From the NCBI GenBank assembly GCA_963728405.1, contig CAVSJV010000002.1:96001-160000 (forward strand): 64,000 bases of DNA, read 5' to 3'. The stretch comes from Methanomassiliicoccaceae archaeon. Lineage in GTDB: Archaea; Thermoplasmatota; Thermoplasmata; Methanomassiliicoccales; Methanomassiliicoccaceae. Position 1 is the first letter of the stretch. Each line of letters starts with the position of its first letter. Under the pieces are notes generated by a model, which did not search any database, had not been told where the DNA came from, and was given only the letters and a program-made list of their open reading frames with translations. Position numbers and translations under genes: made by a program. Of this stretch, positions 21,707 through 31,313 are shown piece by piece.

Positions 21707-22305
21707 AGGACCAGATCGGCCGGCACATGAGCTTCGTGGAGTGCCGGGAATCGCGCGGTCTCGGCGTGGGGGGCGGTCTCGCTCAACGGGCCACGATCTC
21801 CGAGAGCGGCCGGGATGTCGTCGCGGTGGCCATGGGGCCGGGGAAAAGGCACATCACCAAGCCGGTATGCGAGATCACCTATGCTCTAAGGGAGGAAGGC
21901 ATCGACACAAGCGTCATTGTGGTCAACGCCGGCTCGGGTGTTCCAGCCGATGCCCCGGACGTTAGCACCGGCTCGATCTTTGGTCTTGACCAGATCGAGA
22001 TCGACCGCATACAGCAGTTCAAGATCGCGCTCATACACCTGGGAAATGTGCGCAACCACATCATCTATAAAGCGAGGCTCATTCTGCGCAATGTGGATCT
22101 GCCCGCAGTGGTGGTGTGCCAGGCTCCCGTCGATTTCGAGGACTTCGCCCGCATCGGGGTCAAGACCCGCCTGGTCATGCCTCGCAAGGAGGACATCGCC
22201 ACCAAGGGCACGATCATGGAGATCGTGCCTGGTATAGTGAGGGGGACGACCGCTCCACAGAACAAGCTGGATGAGATCGTCTCCAAGGTCCGCCGCAACC
22301 TGTGA
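21703..22305 (+). CDS. mcrC: MCR operon protein C
   Basis: [28 protein letters not shown] and NAGSGVP motifs. Confidence 0.95.
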   Translation: MKDQIGRHMSFVECRESRGLGVGGGLAQRATISESGRDVVAVAMGPGKRHITKPVCEITYALREEGIDTSVIVVNAGSGVPADAPDVSTGSIFGLDQIEIDRIQQFKIALIHLGNVRNHIIYKARLILRNVDLPAVVVCQAPVDFEDFARIGVKTRLVMPRKEDIATKGTIMEIVPGIVRGTTAPQNKLDEIVSKVRRNL

Positions 22306-22311
22306 GCTCTA

Positions 22312-22878
22312 TCACTCGAGGTCGAAGCCTACTAGGTGGGTCCACTGATTGGGAGCAGTATAGCCCATGACCCTACGGACGAGATCATCCGACATGGTAG
22401 AAACACTTCCGGAGGTCACCCTGGTCACCCCGGGAACGTCCTCGATATAGTGGAACTTGATCTCGTCGATCAGGAAGTACGGCTCGCCGGAGATATCGAC
22501 CTCTGGATGCATAAGGAAGTCCTCGGACAGGAATGAGGCCTCGGGGTCCCTCTCCAGGATCTCCACCCTCTGCTCTGGGGTCACATACTCGCCCATGATC
22601 TGCCCCTTCTGGTCCAGCATGAACAGCAGGCCCTTGTTATCGACGAGCAGGTGGGTGTTGCCGACCAGGATGAGACTTACCTCGCGGGCCAGCGCTTCCC
22701 AGACGCCCTTGTTCACGAAGGGCATGAGCCCGGCACAGGCACCGTTCTTCTCGGCCAGTATCTCCAGTCGAGTGATCTCCTCCTTGAGGTCGGGGTCGAG
22801 GAACCTCATGTCCTCGACACCGGGGATCTCGCGCACCCTCTTCTCCACTTCGGCCAGGACTGTCTGTCGGTCCATCAT
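22312..22878 (-). CDS. Uncharacterized protein, paralog of 17579-18136
   Basis: Colinear similarity to the 17579 ORF; divergent from marker 3. Confidence 0.75.
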   Translation of the reverse strand: MMDRQTVLAEVEKRVREIPGVEDMRFLDPDLKEEITRLEILAEKNGACAGLMPFVNKGVWEALAREVSLILVGNTHLLVDNKGLLFMLDQKGQIMGEYVTPEQRVEILERDPEASFLSEDFLMHPEVDISGEPYFLIDEIKFHYIEDVPGVTRVTSGSVSTMSDDLVRRVMGYTAPNQWTHLVGFDLE

Positions 22879-23011
22879 ACCCTCTTCCGCATATGCATTG
22901 AGCTGCCGAGATTTTATTGTTGTGACAGTTGGACCCAACATCCCAGAGCTGCCAGGTAGTTACACCGGGAGAAAGGATAATAACTCCATTGTGCTTTCAG
23001 AAAATGACCAG

Positions 23012-24750
23012 ATGTTGCTGACAGTCAATGGGAAAGAGAAGAACATCGAGACGGGGGCTCGGCTTTCTGAAGCTATCAATGGCGAGCCGTACAATGCCGG
23101 TGCGCTCATCGCCGTCACTCGTTCCACCAGCTCGATGCAAAAGGAGACCAGCGAGTTCGAGATCGTCACCTTAAAAGGCGCGTTTGTCATCCGTCTCAAT
23201 GATTCCGAGTTTGCCAAGAGCTGGCGGGAGCTCATTCCCCAAATAGTGGGCAGCGGGGTCCGCTGGCAGAGCACCAAGGTGGTGGCGGTCGGCTCGTTCC
23301 CCTCGTCCCTGGAAGTAGATAGGGGCCGTTACCGTTACTCAAGGTACGATTGCTTCTTCGCCCTGGGGGGCTTCGACAATCGCTCCACCTACATGATGAT
23401 GGCCAAGATCGATCACGAGGCCGGTTATGGTGTCAAGGACGGCCGCTTCGGACGGGTCACCCGAGGCCGTCACATCCTGAAGGAGATCGAAGAGGGCGAG
23501 AGGATAGAGGCCATCCGGCCAGTGGTGCTCGAACTGTCCGAGAAGGATGCCTTCGTCACCACGGACCTTGATCTCGTGCTGGAGGAAGGCATGTCCGTCG
23601 ACACCTGCGTGCAGGTCGCCCTGGACCACCGGTCCCCGGTCAGCTGCGAGCAGTTCCTGGTCATCACCAATGGCAACCGGTTCAACATCACTGATCGCAC
23701 CGCAACCTATTCGGCCAACTCCGAACGCATGGATGTGTCGCTCATCCCTGAGCACGTCGAGGTGCGGGAAGATGGGACATGACCGTCCGTCACGGCGGTT
23801 CCTTCACCGGACGGGTCTACCTTTACCGCAAGCGACGGCAGCTGTCCCAAGCCCACAATCTGGTCGGCAAGATAACTGCGGGAATGGAACTGGTCCGACT
23901 CGCTCCCCAGGGTTCGTTCATCACTCTCATCAACACCCCCTCGAGGATCATGTCCATCGGCATGACCCAGAAGGAGGCCGGGGCCTTCCTGGAAGCGAGG
24001 GGATTGAAGCAGAGGAGGACCGGGCAGGTCGACGACCTGGCGCTGGTGGCGGAGCAGGAACCCGAGCTGACCATGGAGATCAAGGACGGCGAGGAGGTCG
24101 AGACGTTCGGCGTGCTGCCTGAAAAAGTCTCGGTCTGGGAGTTCGATGATGAACGCTCGTCCCGCACCTCTCACTATGTCCGCAAGATGACCGGACTGGA
24201 CCACAAGCCCATCGGCACGATGAAGGTGTTCTTCACTTTCCAGGACATGCCCATGATCACCTTCGAGGGGAATCCCAGGGAGGCTTCGGTCCTGTTACCG
24301 GAGAATCCCTTCGAGGACGAGTCGCCGCGCGGGCAGGTCGGTGTCACCAACATGTCCCGTCCTAATCGGGGAACCATCGGCATACGCCTGGAAGCGAGTC
24401 CAGAGTTCGGTCCGACCGGGGAAGAGCGCTACGGTACCAATGCTGTAGGCAGAGTGGTATCGGACATCGACACCATGTTGCGCGGGGTAAAGGACGGTGA
24501 CATCATCTACCTGCGAGAGCGGATGGCCGGAGAACAGTTCATGGCTACCGCTCCCGCCAAGAGGCCGGAACTTACCATGGACGAGATCACCGAGATCGCC
24601 CGACGGGCCGAGTTCATGGAACATGCCCCGCCCACCGGACCGTTCCAAGGGGCGGCCAGCGAGACCGGGGAGAGGCAGAAGGCCAATAGGCCGGCCCAGA
24701 AGAGGACCACGGGGGGAAGACCACGAGCGAAGAAACCGAAACAAGAATGA
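23012..24750 (+). CDS. Methanogenesis marker protein 3 (frameshift at ~23778)
   Basis: GRVYLYRKRR, GVTNMSR..RG.IGIRL....FGPTGE....TN..G motifs; first gene of the marker operon. Confidence 0.88.
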
Positions 24751-25148
24751 TCGTGATCGCACCCAGTTCCGAGCTCGCGCCGGACCAGGTGTCAAGATTC
24801 ATCCATTCACTGGGCCTGGACCTGAAAGTCAAAGAGACCTGCTATGGGGCGAACATCGAGGGACCTCGGGACCAGGTAAGAAAGGCGATGGTCGAGGTGC
24901 GCAAGCTGGACCCCAACCGGATATTCACCAAGATCCGGGCCTTCCCCATCGGCGACGAGCGTAGATGCCGGGCCCATCATGGATCGAGACCGGGATTCCC
25001 GCAACTGGAGAAGGAGTGGAAGGACCTGTCGCTTATCGATAAGGGACTGTGCGCGGCGGACTGTGGCGAGGTTTGCGTCGAGCGGCCCAAGCCCGAGAGG
25101 CTGCCGATCAAGAGGCTTCAGGAGATAGTCGACGAGGTGATGAGATGA
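24747..25148 (+). CDS. Methanogenesis marker protein 6
   Basis: VKETCYGA.IEG, DPNRIFTK.R.FPIGD.RRCRA and RPGF.QLE.E motifs. Confidence 0.9.
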   Translation: MIVIAPSSELAPDQVSRFIHSLGLDLKVKETCYGANIEGPRDQVRKAMVEVRKLDPNRIFTKIRAFPIGDERRCRAHHGSRPGFPQLEKEWKDLSLIDKGLCAADCGEVCVERPKPERLPIKRLQEIVDEVMR

Positions 25149-25579
25149 AAGTGTTCATTGTACCGCCCAACAGTCTGATCCTATACGATCTGGTCGAGCG
25201 CTTCGGCCATGAGCCCCTATCGCTTATGGGCGAGCTGCGTGAGCATGTGGTCAAGCCGGAAGTGGAATCGCCCCCCCTAAATCTGTCCCAGGAGGACATC
25301 ATGAAGGGCTTGAAGTATGCCGGTATCGAGGTACCGTCGGGCGTCCGGGGTCGACTCGCCATATGGGGGCCGTTGGTCGACCAGGCTGAAGCGGCCATCA
25401 TCATGCATGACATGCCATACACCTTCGGATGCGTCGGCTGCCATCGTACCAACCTCATGCTCATGTACCTAGTGCGGAAGAAGAAGATCCCCACCCTGGA
25501 GATACATTACCCCCATGACGAAGAGGAGGCCAAGGTCATGGTCAGCAAGATCAAAGGCTTCTTGGAGGGATTGAAATGA
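25145..25579 (+). CDS. Methanogenesis marker protein 5
   Basis: [34 protein letters not shown] and FGCVGC.RTN motifs. Confidence 0.92.
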   Translation: MKVFIVPPNSLILYDLVERFGHEPLSLMGELREHVVKPEVESPPLNLSQEDIMKGLKYAGIEVPSGVRGRLAIWGPLVDQAEAAIIMHDMPYTFGCVGCHRTNLMLMYLVRKKKIPTLEIHYPHDEEEAKVMVSKIKGFLEGLK

Positions 25580-26808
25580 CCATCAAGATTGCACAATTAT
25601 CGTGCGGAACAGAGTACTCAGGAATCCAGTCGGAGATCGAGCGGGCGGCCTCTACCGTGGGCGGCAAGATGGTCTATCCGGACGTGGCGTTCGATGACAT
25701 CGACCGTTCGGTGGAGGAGTTCGGCTTCGAGCCAGCCTCGCCTCAGCTGAGGATGATGATCGCTCGGGCCAAGGCCCTCGCCGACGGCCACTATGACGCC
25801 GACGCGGTGTTCATCGCCACCTGCTTCCGTTGCGCCGAGGGCGCCCTGGTCAGGAACGAGGTCCGGCGATACATCCAGGAGCACACCAAGCTGCCGGTCG
25901 TTACCTACTCGTTTACGGAGCGGATGAAGGCCGCCCAGTTGTTGACCCGGATGGAGGCCCTGGTGACCATCGTATCCAAGAAGGAGCTGCTGGCGAGGGA
26001 GAGGCAGGTCGGCCTCACCGCCGGCATCGACTCCGGCTCGTCGACCACCAAGGCCATGATCCTTCGGGACAACGAGATCATCGGCAAGGCCTGGACACCC
26101 ACTGGAGATGTGCTGGGAACGGCTATGGAGGTGCTAGAGAAGGCACTGGCCGAGGCCGGGGTCAAGCAGTCGCAGCTCGAGGGAGTTGGTGTCACTGGCT
26201 ACGGGCGGTTCCTTATCGGCAAAAAGATCAATGCCAAGCTGATCCAGGAAGAGCTCACGGTGAACAGCAAGGGAGCGGTTTGGCTCGCCGACAGGCAGAA
26301 AGGAGAGGCGACGATCATCGACATCGGAGGGATGGACAACAAGGCCATCACTGTCCGGGACGGCATCCCGGACAACTTTACCATGGGGGGCATCTGTGCC
26401 GGCGCATCTGGTCGGTTCCTGGAGATGGTCTCCAAGCGGCTGCGGGTGGAGATCGAGAACCTCGGCCCGATGGCCGACAAGGGCGACTGGAGGAAGGTCA
26501 ACATGAACTCCTACTGCTCGGTGTTCGGCATCCAGGACCTGGTGACCTCGCTCGCCGGTGGCTCCACTATGGAGGACGTCGCCGCCGCGGCGTGCCACTC
26601 CGTGGCCGAACAGGTGTATGAGCAGCAGCTGCAGGAGATCGACGTCCGACAGCCGGTAATACAGGTGGGGGGCACTTCGCTCATAAGTGGCCTAGTGACC
26701 GCGGTCGGGGACATGGTTGGGTCGAAACCGATCATCCCGCCACATTCTCAGTACATCGGAGCGGCCGGAGCGAGCCTGCTGGCCTCAGGGTTCCTAGAGG
26801 GGCTGTGA
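25576..26808 (+). CDS. Methanogenesis marker protein 15 (CoA-activase-like ATPase)
   Basis: [30 protein letters not shown] and [15 protein letters not shown] motifs. Confidence 0.92.
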   Translation: MTIKIAQLSCGTEYSGIQSEIERAASTVGGKMVYPDVAFDDIDRSVEEFGFEPASPQLRMMIARAKALADGHYDADAVFIATCFRCAEGALVRNEVRRYIQEHTKLPVVTYSFTERMKAAQLLTRMEALVTIVSKKELLARERQVGLTAGIDSGSSTTKAMILRDNEIIGKAWTPTGDVLGTAMEVLEKALAEAGVKQSQLEGVGVTGYGRFLIGKKINAKLIQEELTVNSKGAVWLADRQKGEATIIDIGGMDNKAITVRDGIPDNFTMGGICAGASGRFLEMVSKRLRVEIENLGPMADKGDWRKVNMNSYCSVFGIQDLVTSLAGGSTMEDVAAAACHSVAEQVYEQQLQEIDVRQPVIQVGGTSLISGLVTAVGDMVGSKPIIPPHSQYIGAAGASLLASGFLEGL

Positions 26809-27366
26809 TGAGCGAGGAGGATGAGAGCTTCGCGTTCCAGAACTTCGATACTATCTTCCGTCAGATCCTGCAGGATCTGGGGGTCACCCGCAGCGTAGAG
26901 GTCTTCAAGATCCTGGCCGACCCCGACGAGCCCTACTTCCTCGTCTCCATGAAGTTGGGTCGGGCGCGCTCGGCCATCAAGGTCTCGGACATGGCCCAGC
27001 TCAACGAGCACACCGGGGGTACGGCCATCACCATAACCGATGAGAACTGGGCCCCGGCGCTCCTCACTAAGCTGTGGCAGCAATATGGTCGGGACCGCGT
27101 CGAACAGCTCACCCGGTTCGAACTGCTGGTGCGGGGGGCGTCCGTCGGAAGAGCTTACCGCGCTGGAACTTGATCCAGGCGAGGAGCTTAAGAGCAAGTT
27201 GCTGGACGCGGTGTGGAGGATGTTCCCGGAGGGTTTCAAGGTCCGTTACGAGATAGCCGATGATAGGGTCATGACCATCATCGGTACGGAGCACGATATG
27301 AAGGAGAAGTGGATGGACCTGGCCAAGAAGGTGCACCATGAGATGCGGGACGCGGAGGCGCAGTGA
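26808..27366 (+). CDS. Methanogenesis marker protein 17 (frameshift at ~27135-27145)
   Basis: ENWAP.LL..LW..YGRD.VEQ..R and PEGFKVR motifs; lies between markers 15 and 7. Confidence 0.8.
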
Positions 27367-28304
27367 TGTACGAGGTCCTGATGTACGATGGGGGCGTCTA
27401 CAAGGTCAACGAACTCTATGAGCTGGTGGAGGACGTCGGCGGTTTCATCATCCAGAAGACCCAGATCCAGGTCCAGATCATGGTGACCATGGCCATCCCA
27501 GAGGAGGAGCGGCCGGCCATCGAGGCCAAGACCCGTGAGCTGGGAGGAAAGATCGTCAATGTGCCCCTGGCCGGAACAGAGATCGCCGTAGTGGCGCCGA
27601 CATTAGGGAGGCACCATATGCCCCACCCTACCTGTGATATCGCGGAGCAGCTGCGCCGGCTCGGTGCGATCACCGTGGTGATGGGCCTGGCCCGGGGCAA
27701 AGGCCGTCGCACGGCCCAGATCAACGCCGACGAGAAGGCGGTGATCGAGGAGTACGACGCCGCGGTGTTCGTCCTAGGCAACTTCAAGGATTGCATACTT
27801 GAGCATAAGGTGCGGTTGTTCGAGGATATCCAGGTTCCGGTGACCGCGGTGTGCGGGCCGCAGATCGACTCCCTCCCCAATTGCGAGGCCTTGGTATGCG
27901 GCGTAGGTCGGAAGGTAGAGAGGATGCGCCGGGAGGAGGAGATCGCCCGGCTGGACGATGTCTCCGAAGCGATGGAAAAGGTGGTCAAGGGCCGGCGCAA
28001 GGAGCTGGAGGAGGACCCCCTCTTCGTTCACCCCGCCGAGGTCAAGGAGCGCATCGCCGAGCTGGAAGCGGTCCAGAGGAGCCTGCGTCCCGCGCCAGTG
28101 GTCCTTCACCTGGATGGCTTGAGGGTAAAGATCCCCTACCAGGAATGGAAGGAACAGATCGCCGCGGTGGAAGTGTATGGTCATCGGCTGGGGGACATAT
28201 CCACGCTGTCCGATTCCCGCCTGGGCGGAAGCACCCTCATTAAGATCAAGACCCGCTCTGAGGTCGAGGCCCAGGACGCCAAAGGCCGGATGAGCGGTGG
28301 ATGA
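27366..28304 (+). CDS. Methanogenesis marker protein 7
   Basis: GGVYK..EL.ELVEDVGGF, PLAGTEIAVV.PTL..HH.PH..CDIAE.LRR and LDGLRVKIPY motifs. Confidence 0.92.
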   Translation: MYEVLMYDGGVYKVNELYELVEDVGGFIIQKTQIQVQIMVTMAIPEEERPAIEAKTRELGGKIVNVPLAGTEIAVVAPTLGRHHMPHPTCDIAEQLRRLGAITVVMGLARGKGRRTAQINADEKAVIEEYDAAVFVLGNFKDCILEHKVRLFEDIQVPVTAVCGPQIDSLPNCEALVCGVGRKVERMRREEEIARLDDVSEAMEKVVKGRRKELEEDPLFVHPAEVKERIAELEAVQRSLRPAPVVLHLDGLRVKIPYQEWKEQIAAVEVYGHRLGDISTLSDSRLGGSTLIKIKTRSEVEAQDAKGRMSGG

Positions 28305-28756
28305 GGTCGTCTGTGAAGAAGGCGGCCCGGACCCCCGGCGCGTACATCCTCCTTTTCCGTCTCCCTCGCTGCGAGGATATGACCGTCGGCCGTCTGGGCA
28401 CCTTTGACCTTGCGTCAGGTCATTATGCTTATGTCGGCTCGGCCAGGGGCGGCCTGGAAGCACGGGTTGGGCGGCATCTGCGAGGTGGGGGAAAGAAACA
28501 CTGGCATATCGACTACCTAACGGAGAGGGCGGTCGATCTAGGTGCATATGTGTTCCCATCCGGCCAGGACATCGAATGCGAGCTTGCCAAGATGGTCGCG
28601 GGGCTGCCTGGTGCAACGATGCCGATCAGAAGGTTTGGCAGCTCTGATTGCCGCTGTATCTCTCATCTTTTCTTATTGGACGGGAAGGCCATCGAAGCGC
28701 TATCGGCCAAGATGTCGGAACGTGGTTCCAAGCCGTTGATGGCAGATCAGCGCTAG
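28301..28756 (+). CDS. GIY-YIG nuclease family protein (DUF123)
   Basis: GAYIL, YAYVGSA, HWHIDYL and FGSSDC.C.SHL motifs. Confidence 0.88.
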   Translation: MRSSVKKAARTPGAYILLFRLPRCEDMTVGRLGTFDLASGHYAYVGSARGGLEARVGRHLRGGGKKHWHIDYLTERAVDLGAYVFPSGQDIECELAKMVAGLPGATMPIRRFGSSDCRCISHLFLLDGKAIEALSAKMSERGSKPLMADQR

Positions 28757-28878
28757 ATATCATTTGATCAGAGCAGGAGGCCCGGGTGATGAGGCCGGTC
28801 AATCTCCAAAGGTCTGGCCATTTCACCAACGATGGCTGCTTGAAAACGTATAAGTATGATGAATATCTAATACGATAA

Positions 28879-29161
28879 CGCTCAGAGGCGGAATGTGCCT
28901 TTGAGAGGCCTGATGGAGTTCGTGTCCATTCAAGGATGGTCTTGGACCCATCTCGTTCCATCTGCGGTCACAGTACTGCAGTATGCGACCCCGCTGAGAT
29001 AGAGGCTGTCAGTGCGAAGTTGCATATCCGAACCCTCTAAAAATCAACAGTGTCCGTGATAACGGCCTGACCTGGGTAGGAATGGTGCTCATTGGACCAG
29101 AGCGAGGTGATTGCCAGGAGATCAATGAGACCGCTCAAAGACGCGACGTGAACTCTGGGCG
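28879..29161 (+). ncRNA. Candidate structured non-coding RNA (~283 nt) of unknown family
   Basis: BRE/TATA at 28842-28856, 9-bp terminal helix (28879-87/29153-61), several nested helices and a following C7T6 tract. No credible ORF. Confidence 0.6.
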
Positions 29162-29280
29162 CCCCCCCTTTTTTCCGGACCCCCATAGCAGTGCTTTTCT
29201 ATGCCCTCCTCGGGGATAGATTTCATATATGTTAATGCGACTATCAGGTCAAGATTCCGACTTAACCCAGGAGGCAAAAA

Positions 29281-30876
29281 ATGGAAGCCGCTGCGGACAC
29301 TTCTGAGAAATTTCAAGGTTCAATCGTACAAAAGCTTGAGAGAGAGATAGGCGCAGAGAACGTCAAGATCAGCAAGATGGAGAGATTGCTGTACAGCCAT
29401 GACCTGGCTCCCTTGCCCAAGGAAGCCCAGATGGCCTTCAAGATCATTCCGGACGTTGTGGTGCGCCCCCGCTCCGTCGAGGACGTATCCAAGATCGTAA
29501 AGCTGGCCGCCCATGAAGGGGTACCGATCACCCCCCGCGGCGCCTCGACCTGGGGGCTGGCCGGGGCCGTCCCCGCGTTCGGCGGCATCCTGATCGACAT
29601 GATCGGCGGGATGGGTAAGGTCCTCAATATCGACGAGGAGAACATGACCATCACCTGCCAGGGCGGCGCTTCCTGGAAGCAGGTCTACGACGCCGCGTGG
29701 GAAAAAGGGTTCCTTCTTGGGTCCTACCCCAGCAGCTTCCCGTCTGCCTCAGTGGCTGGATGGATCTCCACCGCCGGTGTCGGAGTGGGCAACTACAAGT
29801 ACGGATCGGCCGGGGACAACATTCGCAGCATGAAGGTAGTGATTCCAGACGGGTCCATCGTCGAGACCGGGTTCGAGACCCTCTCGGACAACATGTCCGG
29901 ATACAACCTGAACCGCCTGTTCGTCGGCGCGGAGGGAACGCTCGGTGTCATCTGCGAGGTCACTTTCAAGCTGACCCCGCGGCCGGAAGTGCTCCGCGCC
30001 CTCGCCTATGCCTTCCCCAGCCTGGATAAGCTCCAGGGGCCCATCAAGGACATCACCCGCTCGAGGGTCAGCCCGCTCCACGTTGCGTGGTCCGACGCCA
30101 ACCACTTCAAGTTCCTGAGAAAGGTCCACCCCAATGCCCCCAACGTGGGCTCGCTACTCCTGGTCACTCTGGAAGGTGACAAGGCCGTCGTGGACCATGA
30201 AGAGAAGGTCATCGACGAGATCGCCGCCAAGCATGGTGGGGCCAAGCAGAGCAGCGAGATCGCTACCCATGAGTGGGACGAGCGGTGCTACGAGTTCCGC
30301 TCTCGCGAGGTCGGCCTGGGTGCAATCCCTATGGAAGTGCTCGTGCCGGTCAACGACTACGCGGCCATGACCAACGATCTCTACGACCTAATGGCCTCGA
30401 TGAAGATGGAGGGCGCCATTATCGGCATATTGACCGACCGCAACACGGTCATGTTCATGCCGTACTACATGTACGACAGCGAGTCCCTCAGCAAGAGCGT
30501 GACGTCCCTTTCGTTCAACTACAAGTGTGGCGATCTGGCCTACAAGAACAACGGCCGGATGCTGGGTGGCTTCGGCCTGTTCTTCGGCTCGCTCCTGAAG
30601 CGGGTCCGTGGGGAAGGCTATGAGGTCGAGGTGGCCATCAAGAAGGCCATCGATCCCAAGGACATCATGAACCCTGGCAAGCTGCTGGGTATGAAGACCC
30701 GCTTCGGCCTGCCGATCGGACCGGGCATGCTGGGCTTCGGAATGGGCGCCATGGCCACGGTCAAGAAGGTCCTGCCGGGCGACAAGAACATGGATAAGAA
30801 GGGCAGCGACTTCGAGCTGGAGAATCTGGAGAAGGAAAAGTTCGAGCAGCACAAGAACGACCCGCTCAAGAAGTAA
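29281..30876 (+). CDS. FAD-binding oxidoreductase (GlcD/D-lactate dehydrogenase-like)
   Basis: PDVVVRP, ITPRGA, GYNLNRLFVGAEGTLG and IKKAIDP.DIMNPGK motifs; GGAGG RBS; strong codon bias. Confidence 0.85.
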   Translation: MEAAADTSEKFQGSIVQKLEREIGAENVKISKMERLLYSHDLAPLPKEAQMAFKIIPDVVVRPRSVEDVSKIVKLAAHEGVPITPRGASTWGLAGAVPAFGGILIDMIGGMGKVLNIDEENMTITCQGGASWKQVYDAAWEKGFLLGSYPSSFPSASVAGWISTAGVGVGNYKYGSAGDNIRSMKVVIPDGSIVETGFETLSDNMSGYNLNRLFVGAEGTLGVICEVTFKLTPRPEVLRALAYAFPSLDKLQGPIKDITRSRVSPLHVAWSDANHFKFLRKVHPNAPNVGSLLLVTLEGDKAVVDHEEKVIDEIAAKHGGAKQSSEIATHEWDERCYEFRSREVGLGAIPMEVLVPVNDYAAMTNDLYDLMASMKMEGAIIGILTDRNTVMFMPYYMYDSESLSKSVTSLSFNYKCGDLAYKNNGRMLGGFGLFFGSLLKRVRGEGYEVEVAIKKAIDPKDIMNPGKLLGMKTRFGLPIGPGMLGFGMGAMATVKKVLPGDKNMDKKGSDFELENLEKEKFEQHKNDPLKK

Positions 30877-30951
30877 ACCCTTTATTCCAAATCTCTTACT
30901 CTTTATCCATTTTTTAAAAATAATGAGGGGGGGACCCGGAGGTCCTTTTTT

Positions 30952-31122
30952 CTACTGTCTCGAGGTGGTCCTGATCTGCTCCTTGGACCACTTATCGGGG
31001 TGGGCGTCGAACTTAGCCTTGCATCCCGCTGAGCAGAAGTAGAATGTCTTCCCCTCGTACTCGCTCATGTACTCTGCTCCCTGCTCATCCACCTCGCATG
31101 CGCAAACTGGGTCCTGTGGCAT
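30952..31122 (-). CDS. YHS/TRASH-domain metallochaperone (56 aa)
   Basis: MPQDPVCACEVDE...YEGKTFYFCSAGCKAKF. Confidence 0.8.
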   Translation of the reverse strand: MPQDPVCACEVDEQGAEYMSEYEGKTFYFCSAGCKAKFDAHPDKWSKEQIRTTSRQ

Positions 31123-31166
31123 TTTTACACCTGCAGGCAACGTTCGAGCTGGGGGGATATCAAGAT

Positions 31167-31313
31167 TTACTTTTTCAGGTACTTCTGGGGGTCCTTGTCG
31201 AACACCTTCTTGCATCCCGGAGCGCAGAAATAGTAGGTCTGTCCGTTCAGCTCGGACTTCCACTTGGCGGTCTTCTCATCTACATCCATCTTACATACTG
31301 GGTCCACTGCCAT
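31167..31313 (-). CDS. YHS/TRASH-domain metallochaperone (48 aa, not in the ORF track)
   Basis: Translated by hand: [48 protein letters not shown]. Its start overlaps the copA stop. Confidence 0.85.
   Translation of the reverse strand: MAVDPVCKMDVDEKTAKWKSELNGQTYYFCAPGCKKVFDKDPQKYLKK

Noticed and set aside
28879-29161. Known riboswitch (lysine, cobalamin, SAM), SRP or RNase P assignment
   Set aside because: The diagnostic conserved motifs were not found by eye, so it is left as an unknown RNA.
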